A DNA stretch of 64,000 bases from Eledone cirrhosa (taxonomy: Eukaryota), in assembly GCA_964016885.1 (NCBI GenBank), contig OZ024740.1:170872001-170936000 (forward strand), written 5' to 3'. Positions 1 to 14,827 of the stretch are shown one piece after another (positions within the stretch are counted from its first letter, which is position 1; each line of letters starts with the position of its first letter). The translations under genes and the position numbers were made by a program. A model generated the notes under the pieces. The model ran no database searches, was not told the origin of the DNA, and was given only the letters and a program-made list of their open reading frames with translations.

Positions 1-2
1 AC

Positions 3-557
3 TCATTTTATGATAAATATCAGAGTGTAATGTTCGTCAACATAACTCCTAGAAGCGAACTAGCTTACAGATTTAGAAGGGCCCTAGACAAATTAAATAT
101 TAATATAGTTGAAAGACCAGGTATTCCCATAAAAATCCTAATTAAAAAAACATATCCATTTCAAAGATCTCCCTGTGCTGATAGGAAATGCAGAATGTGC
201 AAGCTAAGTCCGCAATCTAACTGCAAAACCAGGAACATAGTATATAGCATAAGATATACTGAGGGACAGTGTAGGAATAAGAATATAACATACATAGGTG
301 AAACAGCCCGTAGCATAAGAGAAATGATAAGTGAACACTGGCGAGAACTCCAGGATGGGAAAAACTCAGCAGTTCTTCACCAACATACCAAAATAGAGCA
401 TAGGGGCACATTAGAGAACATAGAGATAACAATTATATCCACACACAGAAAAGATGCAATGCTCAGACAAATCACAGAGGCGACAAACATAAACGAACTC
501 CAACCAAAATTAAACAGAAGACATGAGTGGAATAGTAACATCACAACTAGTAATTAA
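3..557 (+). CDS. C-terminus of a Penelope-like retroelement ORF: Cys/His linker plus GIY-YIG endonuclease (5'-truncated by the window edge)
   Basis: The frame is open from the window start. CADRKCRMC..CK, NIVYSIRY..TYIGETAR.IREMISEH and EATNINELQPKLN match PLE GIY-YIG motifs. Confidence 0.85.
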   Translation, partial: SFYDKYQSVMFVNITPRSELAYRFRRALDKLNINIVERPGIPIKILIKKTYPFQRSPCADRKCRMCKLSPQSNCKTRNIVYSIRYTEGQCRNKNITYIGETARSIREMISEHWRELQDGKNSAVLHQHTKIEHRGTLENIEITIISTHRKDAMLRQITEATNINELQPKLNRRHEWNSNITTSN

Positions 558-990
558 GGATAAAATGAAGACATACAGTCACACAAAAACAAAACTAACA
601 AAACAAATCAGACACACACAGATAGAACAAACAACCAACTAGTGACAAGTAAATAAACAAATAAATAAATACATAAGAACACACATGATGTAACGCATGC
701 GCAATCTAAGCACAAAACACACAACACACAAAAACAGGATGATGTAGGACAGGACAAAGGAGAGACCCAAAAATATAAAAACCTAGTCACTGAGGAGGCC
801 ACAGAGTGTGTTACAGAAGAGTTTTGACAATATATAAACATCCTTCCGGAAATTTATTATAAATTGAAATGAAAATTAACAGGTGCGTGAGTTTTTATTG
901 GCAGCATGACCCTCCCAAAGTATAACAATATCTGTTTCAACAAACGTTTTCAGATAAGGAATCATGCAAAACAAATTCAAAAATGAAGTA
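558..990 (+). mobile_element. 3' UTR/pLTR of the PLE, with a degenerate hammerhead at 786-828, ending in (TA)n
   Basis: gtca-CTGAGGA-g-gccaca..tgttac-agaa-gagttt-tgac. Bases 781-990 are homologous to the 14965-15492 fold-back unit. Confidence 0.7.
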
Positions 991-1473
991 TATATATATA
1001 CATATATACATATACATATATACATTGTTTGGTTTCAACATTGTTGATTTGATACAAGGTTTATGCCACAAGTATGTCATATATAGTTAAACCGAAATCA
1101 TTATCCGACACATTAATATTGCTGCCTAAGGTCACATATGCTATATGATAGAGGCGTCTTAAGGAAAAGCTTCTTAACCGACAGACAACATAAAAAACAG
1201 CTATCTAATGTTTGGCATTTACAGTATATACTCTCTATTTAGACAATTACTTACGGTAATACATATAGGTTTTCTTAGATATTCATAACATCTCGTATTT
1301 ATAAGAGAGATTGGAAAAAGCGTGGTGACATTTATGCCATAACTAAAGTTATTAATGATGTAGAGGAAATGAGAAAAACTGAGAGTAAATATTGTGTGGT
1401 AGAATCAGCTTGATTGGTTAAATAAGGTAAATAGAATATGGAATTCTGTAAGAAATCCTGTATATACATACAA

Positions 1474-1588
<115 letters not shown>

Positions 1589-1598
1589 CATATATGTA

Positions 1599-1678
<80 letters not shown>

Positions 1679-2879
1679 TATAGATATATAGATATAAATA
1701 CATACATACATGCATACATACATATACATATAAATATATATATATACATGTGTGCGACAAATGTATAAATATTTGAGAGGAACCTTCTCAGCAAACCAGT
1801 TGAACAAGTTTTATGCACACGCCTTGTATATATATATATATGTATGTGTGTACGCGCCCGCGTGTGTGTGTGTATACGCGCGTGTGTGTGTTTGTGTGTG
1901 TACGCGTGTGTGTGTTTGTGTGTGCATTTATGTTTATGTGTGTTTATGGAGGATGAAAGATGGATATACATACATAAATACATACACACATCCATACATA
2001 CAGACATGCATACATACACATGCACACATACATACATACATACATAGTTACATACATACATACATACATAATATACATATATATGTTTGTGATGGGTGAA
2101 CCTCAAAATATTCTAAATTTAAAGTATTCTTTGGAAGCCATCTTCATGTTAATTCTGGTGGCCATTGAGAAGACTTTTAATCATCTCTAGATATATAAGA
2201 ACGAAACGGATATAATACCTTGCCTTATCGACTGTACATTTGCCATTCATATAACTGCTACATTCCAATAAAAGAGATTATAAAATGAAAGAAAAACCTA
2301 ATATTTAATAAGCAGTAGTGAATTAGTTTCTCGTATGTTGCTATTTAACGTTGGCTGTCTGCTGATTCTGGCACAAGAAATGTAGGTAACAAATTCTTGA
2401 ATCTCAGATAAAGATAAGCTATGGTTTTACAGAAATTAGAATTTGCCAGTGATTTGAGTAGGCGTAGCATGAATGGGAAGAATAGTCACTTCCGGTGCGA
2501 ATGACCTAAATGAATAAGTAGCATAGATGAATGTAAAAACGGTAAAAATGCGGGGCAAATATGAAAAAAGTAGGTCAAGTCTATTGCGGTTTGTAATTAA
2601 GAGTTCACTTAGAGTATTCTGTTTTGAACAGGTGTGGTGTAAATTTAGATTTGGTATAGACAGAGTAGACAGAGTAGACAGAGGTTTTTTTAGGGGGAGG
2701 GGGCTATTAATGTATTGACTGTGAGGTTGAATAAGACGTTTGGGTGACGTTCGGACCTTTTTCTCATGAGGGACAAATGACGTAACTGAGGTGAATGACG
2801 TCAATCAATAATTGTAAGCAAATGACAAACACATTTTACCTAACACTAGTAAAGAAAATTAATTCTATTACATACACAC

Positions 2880-2969
<90 letters not shown>

Positions 2970-3973
2970 CTCAAGCCATGTGAATCATTATTGTTGTAAA
3001 TAAAGGATTATGAGTTCATGGCTTGAGAATCATTATTGTTGCTGTTGCTGCTGTTGAACTTGAGCCCCATTACGAGCCTGATCTGACAGGCCTATGATCA
3101 AATGCATCTCAGCCATCATCTTTTGTTTATTTATATTATTCGATGCGTTTTTTTCTTTTTTTTTTTAAGCCAATAAAATGTGATCTAAGGGAAATTTTGT
3201 TGCTATTTTTAGAAAATCGAATGACTTCTCAGAAACTCAAAGACATTGTGTGATTGAATGAAGCTGAGTCTTTATGTGTTTTGTAACCACATATCAATTT
3301 TGTTGCTATTTTTAGTAAGTCGAATGGCCTCTAAGAAACTCCGTCGTGTTGACTAATTGACTACTGTTGGGGTCTGATGTATAAGTTTCACAGTTTCGAA
3401 ACCACATATACAGCTTGAGATTTTTAAATAATTTTAAAAATAATAATAAAAATTTGGATAGATTCAATAATGTAACTTAATTTCTTATTATTTAACCAGT
3501 CTTTGTAACATAACTTAAAAGATAATCTAACATAAAATAATGATTGAAGGTTTATTAGATACATATAAACACTTTAAAATAAATAGTTTTTTATTGTAGA
3601 ACCAGGGGCGGTTTCAAGCAGTTTGCAATCAAAAGTGTTAAAAGAGTGATGAGATCATTTAATCTTGAAATCAACTCGAGGAATTTGTAGTGAAAAACAT
3701 AAGCTGTTCTTCCAATACTTGACATCTCCTCAGGGGAGAATGGTGTGTCTCTGCAGAAACTGAAATAGCTAAGCAGTTTTTTTTTGTTAGTTTTTTTTTT
3801 TTCATATAAGAATAAAGTAGACAACGTTCCAAGTCATTCATTCAAATGTATTCATTAAATGAATTTAGTCATTGATATCATAATTTCACATGCCACACTC
3901 CAACCGACACCTGCTTGCTACCTCCACCAATAACAATAGTACAAAACAAGATGTATAGGTACATATATATGCT

Positions 3974-4071
<98 letters not shown>

Positions 4072-4170
4072 GTGATGATAATAAATTTGAAGACTAAAAT
4101 CCAAAGAGGGCTCGATTAAACTTTAATCTGTTATTTTAATAAATATATATATATTATATATATATATATA

Positions 4171-4244
<74 letters not shown>

Positions 4245-4379
4245 TAATTTATCTTGACTCTGTTTTCCTGCGATTTTCATCGAAAAAATTTTTGAATAAT
4301 CTTCTCTTTTCATGATAGTTGGATTACATTGAGTTCTTCATATGGATTGGACACTACCGTATATTTTGGTAGATTTATC

Positions 4380-4435
<56 letters not shown>

Positions 4436-4489
4436 TATACATATACCTATATAAATATATATATATATATATTATAAGATATATATATA

Positions 4490-4815
4490 TATGAAAAAGG
4501 AATAAGGTTCTTACAAAACACCGGTTATAGAGAAAAAGTGATATTGGAAATAGCACGAAAATTATATTTAAAGGATCTGTTTTTCTTTTTTTCTTCTTTG
4601 ATTCGTGAAAGTGACATTATTGAAAAAATGGGAGGAACAATTTTTTTTAAAAAAAGGAGTTTTATAATGTATATAAAATATAACCGGTTTCGATGTATCA
4701 GTGTAATCCATCTTATCAAATGTTGAATATTACAATTAAAAAGAATTTAAAAGAATTAAAAATTAAAGATTTAAAATTTAGTTTTGAAGCAGGTTTGTTC
4801 AACTTTCTTGTAGAG
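4490..4815 (-). mobile_element. pLTR-like repeat with hammerhead motif at 4677-4724 (UUGAUAA core); paralogue at about 13897-14295
   Basis: Minus strand: aacat-TTGATAA-gatg..catc-GAAA-ccgg-TT-atatt. Abuts (TA)n and is colinear with 13897-14295. Confidence 0.65.
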
Positions 4816-4863
4816 AAGACTGCATCTAAAATGGAATCTTATATATAGAGAGAGATGTAGTCA

Positions 4864-4952
<89 letters not shown>

Positions 4953-5099
4953 ATGGTGGTACCAATCACGCACTGAGGTCTATGAAATCGACTTTCCCCT
5001 CCCTCCAAAATTGTTGGCCTTGTGCCTAAATCAGAAACCATTATTATGGTTGTTGTTGTTGTTATAAGACTGTTATATCACAACCATCTTTGATGTTGC

Positions 5100-5620
5100 T
5101 TTGTTATTTTAGGGAATACTGGGTTATAACTAGTAGCCGAGGGTAACTCCAGCATTTTCATATCTTTCCTTGCGATTTAGCTGCTGCTTGTAGTCCGGAA
5201 CCTTTCTCAATATTTGAACTGTTCCAAATAGGCATATCTTCTAGAGCGGTTCAATCCCTTGTTTAATGTCTATCTTCGATATATAGTTCTCAATATTCTT
5301 TTTCACTATGCCAAGAGCACTACTCACCGCTGAGACAATACTGACAGTCTTCACTTTATTTCTTTAGTATTTCAAGATCTCATATTTTAAGTCTGTATAA
5401 GCTCCTATTTTCTCTGCTTTGGATTTGATTCTGGTGTCAAAAGGTTCTCCTCTTCTCAAATATGACAATATCTTGTTTGTTGTGTTCAGTCTTCACCTCA
5501 GTCTGAATTGGGAAATCCCATAAAATCTTTATATCGTCGTTCTCTATCACTCTCATCTCATTTGTGATATCATGTTCGTAGCTTTTGTCTGCACATGAAA
5601 ATCCATACTTTTTACATTAT
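5100..5620 (-). pseudogene. R4/Dong-like non-LTR retrotransposon C-terminal (restriction-like endonuclease) remnant
   Basis: Minus-strand peptides ENDDIKILWDFPIQTEVKTEHNKQDIVIF and KICLFGTVQILRKV; next to (TAA)/(CAA) runs. Confidence 0.7.
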
Positions 5621-5867
5621 TATTATTACTCGGTGGCTGTAGCGAAAGAGGTTGTGTAGTTGACGCGGCTGAAAGGACTAAAGACAGATACATTCCCCCT
5701 CAGTCAAGCCCTCATCAACTTTTTCAAGTCCACTTGGAAAGGAAGGTAGCGGTTAGAGGGAAGTGCTACCATCCAGTACATTCGTTAAAAGGCAGGTGGT
5801 TGTTGAGAGATTGGCCCGAGTGAGTGACACAATTCCAATGCTGGAAATTATTATTACTGCTGATGGG

Positions 5868-6070
5868 AAGACGGTGATTTGGCAGAGTCGATAGAGAGTC
5901 GGACAAATGCTTAGCAATATTTCTTACAGCTGTTTACTTTCTGCATTCAAATCGCACCGAAGTCAATTTCGCATTTCATCTTTCTAAAGTCGACTAAATA
6001 AAATACCGGTTAAATACTGGGGTCGATTTCCTAAATTACTGGTCTTGTGCCAATGGGAGAAATCATAATT
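5868..6070 (+). mobile_element. tRNA-derived SINE, family A (diverged)
   Basis: tggcagagtcgatagagagtcgg..ttcaaatcgcaccgaagtc..aaataccggttaaatactggggtcgat..ggtcttgtgcc, shared with many copies in the window. Confidence 0.7.
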
Positions 6071-6279
6071 ATTAGTGATAGAATATTGTATAGCAGAATT
6101 GGGAAAATATTTAGTTTAACATTTATACTTCTAGTGTTGATAACATAAGTACCAATAAGTTACTGGGGCAGGATACCCTTAAATAGAATATACTTAATCG
6201 ATTAAAATACTTTCGATCTGAATTTGTGGATTGTACTAATATTAGAAAATACTATTTTTTTCAGCAGTGTTATTTCAAT

Positions 6280-6500
6280 TGCGTGCTTTCATTGCATAAC
6301 ATATGGAATTCCAAGTAGTGCTAGTTTTGTATATTGCGTATATTTGTAAATTCTGTGTATTTGCATAATTTTTTAGTCATTCCAAATGCACCTATTGTTA
6401 CAGGGGTTGTTTCTGCATTCAGTCTCCACATTCTGTTTAATTTTCTTTCTAGATCTTTATATTTGGATACCTTCTCCGTGACTTTGAGTGATGTAATATC
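6280..6500 (-). pseudogene. Second R4/Dong-like LINE C-terminal remnant
   Basis: Minus-strand KVSKYKDLERKLNRMWRLNAETTPVTIGAFGMTKK..NIQKLALLGIPYVM. Confidence 0.65.
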
Positions 6501-7634
6501 GTCAGTAAGTCTGACACTTCGAAGCCCTTTCTTATCTGGTAGACCGATCCAACTGTCTATACTCTTCTCATTTCAATTAGTGGGATTGAACCAATGTAAG
6601 AACATTGGCAAAAACGTTAGATAGGGGTTTATATGTTCATACTTAGTGGCTTCGTATAATGAGGACAGAGTTTTTCTTATTTTCTTTTGTAATAACTCAA
6701 TGCCAGACATTTTGGTGGAGAGTACATTCTTTCATATTGCTACCTGTATTTGACTGATATCTATTTTATCGATACAAAGTATGATTGGTAAGAGACAACA
6801 AGCATTTATGAGCAACATGAATATATATTTCAATCCATTTGATAGTAGTTACAGTCATAACAACTATGGAAGCAGCGATAAAAGAGCAATTTTAGTAGTG
6901 AAAAGGAACAATAACAATAACTTCGAAAGAATTGTTGTTCTTGTAAATATGAAACTAGTGTGGTGTTTTCGATGCTGTAAGCATTATAAGTCATATTTAA
7001 AATCATGTTCCCTACAGCAACACTAACAAAAGCTTCAAGTAATTCAAAACAAAATGTTGTCGACATAAAAAATATAACGGATGCAATGTATTCTTTTCGT
7101 TGTTTTAATTATCACTTTTCACTACAAGAGAATTAACAGTGCACCTTAATAATAAGCGCAGCCTTAATAATAATATTGTTTGCCTATATGATTGATGAGA
7201 GACTATTTGCAACGAAGTATAACTTATCTGATGCCAACTTCATTCTCATTTATAAATTTTACTTCAAATTCGTGCGACTTCACATCAAATTGAAGAAAAT
7301 TAAATAAGATTGTCAGAAAAGACTGATGAAGTAACAAGATGTGACTATATATGACTAAATATAATTCTGAAGAAATTTAATAGAAACTATGATGCTGCTG
7401 TAAGTAACCAACTTAGAATATACCCCTTATAGCAAATAAATGATAAGCTAGTGCTATAGCAGCATGTTGAAGTCCAACAAGGTGGGTACAATAGATTAAA
7501 CGAAATTTATGGTACATACTTTGAAATATGGGAAAGTCATTTAAGCGTTGGTATGTGCTAATTCTTCTGAATTTAAATCCCATCGACATCAAGTTTTTTC
7601 ACCAATATAATGCCAGATAAGAACTAGGGTCGAA

Positions 7635-7742
<108 letters not shown>

Positions 7743-8046
7743 TTCTTTCTCTCTCTTTGTCTTTCTATATACATTTATATATACATATATACATAAATAC
7801 ATATGCACATGCATACATAAATAAATACATACATACATACATGATGGCTGGCCCCTCGTTATTGAGTATGACCATTGCACGATATACCATTATTAATAAT
7901 TATTAATTAATTCTATCGTGTAATGCGTGTGCGTGAGGATTTTATTTTAAGTGAGGAAAGACTGTACACTAATACATACATACATACATACATACATACA
8001 TACATACATACATACATACATACATACATACATACATACATACATA

Positions 8047-9347
8047 CATGGTGGCTGCCAACTCGTTTTCGAGTACGGCCACTACTTTATATCCATGTAG
8101 GAGAACCCCTACCGATGCGCTGAACGAGTGTGACTTTTTAGTCCAGCCAGCGACTTGAAAACTCTGGTACAAACACTACACTTGTGACAATTATTGACAC
8201 ATAGTGCTGGGCCCTTGGTACCATGTGACGACAAATGCAGAGAGATCTCCAGATATAAAGCAATTCCTGTGCCGTGAAGCTTTTTGGTAAATATCATCTT
8301 GGTTAAGAGACTGGGACTGGCTTTGTGCAGTGCCTTTGCTCACTATAAAAGCTTCACATACATCAGACATACATACATACATACATGGTGGCTGCCAACT
8401 CATTTTAGAGTACGGCCACTACTTTATATCCATGTAGGAGAACCCCTACCGATGCGCTGAACGAGTGTGACTTTTTAGTCCAGCCAGCGACTTGAAAACT
8501 CTGGTACAAACACTAGACTTGTGACAATTATTGACACATAGTGCTGGGCCCATGGTACCATGTGACAACAAATGCAGAGAGATCTCCAGATATAAAGCAA
8601 TGCCTGTGCCGTGAAGCTTTTATAGTGAGCAAAGGCACTGCACAAAGCCAGTCCCACTCTCTTAACCAAGATGATATTTACCAAAAAGAAGAACAAGTCA
8701 ACATCATTGGATACCATCAGAGTTGCAGGTGTTATATCAGAGTTTTCCTTCTCCTAGAATTCTGCCTTGACAAAGGCTAAGGGGTCATCTCTCCCGGTGA
8801 TTTTGGATGGCAATTGACTCTTAAGAGCTCCTTTGCCCTTTGACAGGTTTTGTTTTTAGTCCTGCAGGATGTCCAAAGTCACCCTCCTCACCAAGAAACC
8901 TTGGTGGGGTTGCCAGTTTAGTCGCCAACGACCCGACCATGAGATGGCCCCTTAGCCTTTGTCAAGGCAGAATTCTAGGAGAAGGAAAACTCTGATATAA
9001 CACCTGCAACTCTGATGGTATCCAATGATGTTGATTTGTTCTTCTTTTTGGTAAATATCATCTTGGTTAAGAGAGTGGGACTGGCTTTGTGCAGTGCCTT
9101 TGCTCACTATAAAAGCTTCATGGCACAGGCATAGCTTTATATCTGGAGATCTCTCTGCACTTGTCGTCACATGGTACCGTTGGGCCCAGCACTATGTGTC
9201 AATAATTGTCACAAGTGTAGTGTTTGAACCAGAGTTTTCAAGTCCCTGGCTGGACTAAAAATTCACACTCGTTCAGCGCATCGGTAGGGGTTCTCCTACA
9301 TGGATATAAAGTAGTGGCCGTACTCGAAAACAAGTTGGCAGCCACAA
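8047..9347. mobile_element. Cluster of three RTE-derived non-autonomous retroelement copies (two minus, one plus) with (TATG)n tails
   Basis: C2H2 tail peptide [25 protein letters not shown] and RTE 5' motif tctaggagaaggaaaactctga. 8383-8790 and 8941-9347 are inverted copies. Confidence 0.75.
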
Positions 9348-9501
9348 TGTGTATATATATATATATATGTGTGTATATATATATATGTATGTATATATGT
9401 CTATATACATATATATATATATAATTATGTATGTATGTATGTATGTATGTATGTATGTATGTATGTATGTATGTATGTATATATATGTATGTGTATATAT
9501 G

Positions 9502-9533
<32 letters not shown>

Positions 9534-9696
9534 TATGTATGAGGTTATAGTTCACTTGAAGCATTGTGTAATGAGGTATAAACGTTTGAATATGTATAAT
9601 AAAGCCAAAACAATGCAGGTATGGACATAGAAAAAAGAATGCAATTGCAAAAGATATTGTTGATATTGTCTTTTACCTTAGATTTATTTTAAACGT

Positions 9697-9731
9697 CCTT
9701 AATTTTCGAGATAATATCTCTTCTTCAGAGG
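9697..9731 (-). ncRNA. Minimal type I hammerhead ribozyme
   Basis: Minus: cct-CTGAAGA-a-gagat(att)atctc-GAAA-at-TA-agg. Confidence 0.65.
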
Positions 9732-11188
9732 GAAATAAAGGTCTCAAACCAGCGTTCTAAATATCTTGCCAAGCTATGCTGACAGGAAATAGTATAGAGT
9801 ATCTGTTCTATCTCTAATGTCAAAGAGTTAAAATTAGGTGGATAAAGAGTAGTCTCCCTATAAAAGGGGTTTGTTTAGGGGTTTTTTGGGTTTTTTTTAT
9901 ATACATGCCTGTTTAAGTGTGTGGGAGAATGCATGAAGGTGTAAGTATGTGAGTGTGTGTGTGTGAGTGTGAGAAGATATGTCTATTCGTAAATGTGGGG
10001 GATAGGTGTTATCTGGTGTTAGAACTGGTTTTGTGTGTGTATGTGTGTGAGAGAATAAGTGGAGGTGTAAGCGTGTGTGTGTGTGCGTGCGTATGGGATG
10101 TTAAATATTTTAAGATATAAAATGGCAGATGTTCTGTAGTGTGATTCTTAACGTTTTGGACAGCATCTTCAGATCCGTGGTTCGAGTTGTTCTTTTCCGT
10201 CTCAAAATGATGTTTATCATTTCAAATAAAATAGACTATCTTCGACAGGTCGGTTCAGTTTATAATAAAATTTGGAAGAGCAATGTCGATCTTGCAATTT
10301 GTACTTGAATGAATACCAATTATATGAAGATATAAAGTTAAGCTTTATATGTATTATACTAGCATTTCCTCACATAATCGTAAGAAATATATGATATATT
10401 ATCTAATATAAACCAACTACTCAATGAACGAAAAGGAATGAACATTTTTTTTTGTTACATATGTTCAAGTTTTTGAATGAATTTTGCACTACTATTAGTG
10501 TCACCAAAGTATTGATGTTATTTTCGTGTAAGTGATTTCAATGTTTTTTTGTATTTTTTTTTTTTAAATATGACCCACAACTTATAGTTGAATAATACTC
10601 TATACACTATTGAACAGAGTTGGTCTGAGCTGCAAATAACTTCCTAGTCGAAATAGTCGAAATAAAACAATTTTGCGAGGGAATATTTCTATTGCATTTC
10701 GTTTTTCGCGTAATTGATTTTCTTTAGCGTACATTTTAAATTCGAATAAGTTGCTAAAAATGGAAGTTGTCAAAACCAAGAGAAAAACATTACAAGCATC
10801 AATTTGAGAATATACAAGGACATGCCTCACTGACTAAACCTGTTTCTCTTTTCTCTATAAAAATTGACGCGAATAATGTATTCTATTATTCTAAGTTGAA
10901 AGTTTTCGAAATTAATTCATTCATAGTAAAAAAAGATTTTAATGTTGTTTAGTAAACATTTCTAAAATAATATTGTAGACTTTCTTTAGCAATTCGGTTC
11001 AAATAGTTTTAAAGATACTAGACCGAACATGCAAGCAAACAAACGTCTCCAGAGGTATTTTACCCGATTTTTCTCAAATTTTATATAAAGCGATCAAATA
11101 TTGTTGCAATCATTACCGTTGGGGGGACTGCATTTCAAATTTCAAATTTTCCAAAGTTTTATCAAGTCAACCAGTCTACGTTTAGCAC

Positions 11189-11234
<46 letters not shown>

Positions 11235-11259
11235 CTTTTTTTTTATTTAGACGATCGAC

Positions 11260-11357
11260 TTTCGTCAAATCGGACCGAGGGAACAATATTTCCGTTGGTC
11301 TTTCCAATTGCTAATAATATCTATCGGTCGCAACTCCAGGTAGAAGGAGCAACGTGA
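11260..11357 (-). mobile_element. SINE family B fragment (longer copy with tRNA-like head at 22135-22330)
   Basis: tcgtcaaatcggaccgagggaacaatatttccgttggtctttccaattg is shared with the 22135 copy. Confidence 0.6.
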
Positions 11358-11587
11358 TATATATATATATATATATATATGTAGGAGTAAGTTTTATTGT
11401 AGTACAATAAAGCAATGCAGATATCGGATAAGAAGCACTCTACAGTTTGTAGGACTGGAGTATAAATAATATATAAGATCAAAAGATGGTTAAAAGAGTT
11501 CCATGTATTGCATAATAAAATACATGGAACATAATGCGCATAATAAAATATATGGAACTCTTTTAACCATCTTTTGATCTTATATAT

Positions 11588-11659
<72 letters not shown>

Positions 11660-11662
<3 letters not shown>

Positions 11663-12030
11663 CTATCACGTGTTCCAACGAACAGGCCATATTGGGGCAC
11701 TGCCATTGACGGACGCTACACTTTCTACGACCAGCTATCCCTGGGTGGCCATTGATGCAAAGGCGAGTTTGTTGCTGCTGCTCTTATTTGTACTTCACCT
11801 CGTGTTGTGGACTCATCCGGGATTTTGGTCAGTATGAAGTCGAGATGTCTCTAGAAATCATTTACATGCACACCATGTAGATCTCTCGGATATTTTGGCA
11901 GCTTATTAAAAAGCTGGGGCCCCTTGAACCCCAGTCTATTGCAGTATGTAGTCCTTATTCTTGATGCGTCGGATTGGATCGTTGGCTTATCCTGCCTACA
12001 ATGCCGAAGTTTGGTACTAACCCTTCCGGG
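11660..12030 (-). pseudogene. CR1/L2-like LINE 3' end remnant
   Basis: RTTYCNRLGFKGPQLFNKLPKYPRDLHGVHVNDF resembles the LINE ORF2 terminal motif. Confidence 0.6.
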
Positions 12031-12213
12031 ATCTCTCATACGTATATCACTGCGTGTCTCACCTGTCTTCGCTCCAGGGAGTAAAGTTTTAGTTCTTTTT
12101 GCCTCTCCCGGTAGACCATCTCCTTCATTGAGGCAATCCTCTTGTGTAGCTTCGTTGGATTGCTTCAAGTTCTGTGGTTAGTTTATATATATATATATGT
12201 GTGTGTGTGTATG

Positions 12214-12244
<31 letters not shown>

Positions 12245-13896
12245 TCGTGTCTCATTATTTCAGAAACAGACAACAGATGTGCCTATAAAAGAGTATCTTC
12301 ACAAGCTGCCTATGAAAATTCTTCCCACTCACCACTTCATTCGAAACAGATAATCGTTCTCACCTGAACATTTTAATCCAAGTAAGTACACCAAATTGGT
12401 CTTATCGTAAAATTGGACTTTTATCAAGTACATCTCTTGTATCGTATGCACCGTTTTACTCTGGTTTTGTATTAGTATTGGATTAAATGTTTTGCACTAT
12501 TTAATTCTGGTTCTTTGCGTTTGAATGCGAAGATCAAATCTCAAGAGTGTCAAGTTTGCCATTCATCCCTCTGATTGTTATTGTTGTTGTTATTGTTGTA
12601 TTTGTAATTGTTGTTGTTTTTGTCCCGAATCTACTCATTTAGAGCAAATCTATTATCAAAGGTGTAGTTTGGAAGGGGGGGGGGTGACTGCTAAATTCAA
12701 CAGATCGAGAGATTACGTAGACCCTCATCCGTTTCAATATATACCAGCAAAACACTGGATTCAGTTATACACCCCGTGTACACAATGTTTGGCTCCAGCA
12801 TATCTTAGTGTAAAGATAATAATGGCGGTAGATCTGAGGCTACTAGCAGCCGGGCTTCCATTCCTCTTTGCTGATGCCCTAGAGAATGATACTAACATTT
12901 TGTTACCTCATCCTTGCGATTCTAATATGAAGTTTTAGTACATTCTGTGTCGTGTCGAGACGGCTGCGTAAGTACGTTAAGAGCACACGCTCTGGGCTTG
13001 TTCAAGCTAGAAATTTAACATTAAAATAATCGTTTTTCTTTTGTTTAGACTTTCCGATATCTGAAGTTGGCTTAATAAGTTATTGGGAGATCCAACTAAA
13101 CACGTACATTTTAACATGTTCGTTACCATATTTTTAATGAAAGACTGCCTACGGTTTTCAAATAATTTTGAAAGTAATCTTAGGTTTGGAAGGATTTAGT
13201 AATATAATTAGCTTTCTCAATATTAAGCTAACTGGCATAAAATTATGGGGGAAGAAGGATTTTAGATGAATAAAAGCACTTTAAATCGTAAAATACGGGG
13301 CAGTTTCTGGCGATTTAGCATCAAAAGGCGAAGAAATGTGTTGTCTATTCATTTTTGAAAGCATTGATGAAATAACCGCTAATGGCAATCATATATTTTA
13401 TTGTTGTTACTCTTTTTGTTATTGTTCTAGTTGTTTTTTCTTGTTTTTCTTGATGTTTCGTTATTGGTTGTTCTTTTTGTTGTTGGTGTTATTGATGTTG
13501 TTATTACTGTTGTTGCTGTTGTTGTTGTTTAGCCCCAGCTCAGCCCTGATTAAGCATATCTAGTACCAACTGAATTGCGGCCATGACCGACCATTCAAAC
13601 TTACTACACCAAGGACTCCATTATCCACTGCTTTCATTCCTTTGTTTAAGATAATATGGTGCGATATCACTGTTATGACTAGCAATTTCGAGCGACCAAT
13701 AAGAACAAGAGATCCCTCATTGGTGGATGATGGTGGCTGCGGAAGGTGTCAGGGTACTACTGATCAAGATGATGATTAGGATTAATATGTGCCTTATAAA
13801 CAGTAGTTTAACATTTCATCATATTCTGAAATGTGATTGTATGTATCCCTCTCACATGCCGAAAATCACACTTACATACATACATAATATATATAT

Positions 13897-14295
13897 TAGA
13901 AAAGGAAAGTAAGGTTCTATACAAAACAGTGGATGTAGAGAAGAGGTGAAGTTGAAAATAGCATGGAAATATATATTTTAGGGTCTGTTTTTTTCTTTTT
14001 TTTTATCCTTTCTTTGATTCGTCAAAGTGACATTATTGAAAAGATGAGATTATTGATAAACTGAAAGGGATAATTCTTTTTTAAAAAAAGTTTTATAATA
14101 TATATAAAGTATATAAAGTATATAAAGTATATAAAGTATTACCGGTTTCGATGTGTTATTAAAATTCATCTTATCAAATGTTGAGTATTGAAATAAAAAA
14201 TTAAAAAGAATTAATAGGAGTAAAAACTAAAAATTAAATATTTAAAATTAAAATTAATTGTTGGAATAAGTTTTTTTTCCCAACTTTCTTGCTCA
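13897..14295 (-). mobile_element. Paralogue of the 4490-4815 pLTR-like repeat, with UUGAUAA hammerhead-like motif at 14135-14182
   Basis: Minus: TTGATAA-gatg..catc-GAAA-ccgg-TA; stem I is weakened. Confidence 0.6.
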
Positions 14296-14827
14296 AAAGT
14301 GGGCTGGAGAATGAGTTGTTGTTAATAGAGAGGTGGTAGTGAAAATAGTAGCAGCAGTGTTGGTGGCTGTGTTTCTACACAGAACAAAGTTGTTGGTTTT
14401 TGTTTTTTTTTGTGGGCAAAGGAAACATCCTGAAAATATCTGATTGTGTTAATTGACTGGTCAAGAGTTCAAAATGGGGATGGGGAGTTGTAAGCTAGAG
14501 GCAAATTCTACGGCAGCTTAGAATTTGCCTCTAGCTTATAATATATTAACATCAGTTGATAAAAGTTCATAGGCTGACATCGAATCAGAAAATTTGGTGT
14601 CACCAAATGAGGTTTATTTTTCAACATAGTCCCTGGAAATCGGCAATGCAAATATTAGTAAGAGTTGAAATTAATGCATTTAAGATTTCATAGCTCCAGC
14701 GTCAATCCTTCATAGTCAGCTTGGCCCCTCATTCGCAAGAAATCTTCACGAAAACATATATATATATATAATATATATATATATGTATGTATATATATAT
14801 ATTTGTGTGTGTGTATGTATGTATATA

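Noticed and set aside
8875-8935. Possible HDV-like ribozyme in the RTE 5' region (tcctcac)
   Set aside because: It forms a simple hairpin (ctcaccaag/cttggtggg); I could not build the nested double pseudoknot.
12525-12938. 137-aa Cys-rich ORF
   Set aside because: The Cys run derives from (TTG)n and SINE fragments; no coherent protein.
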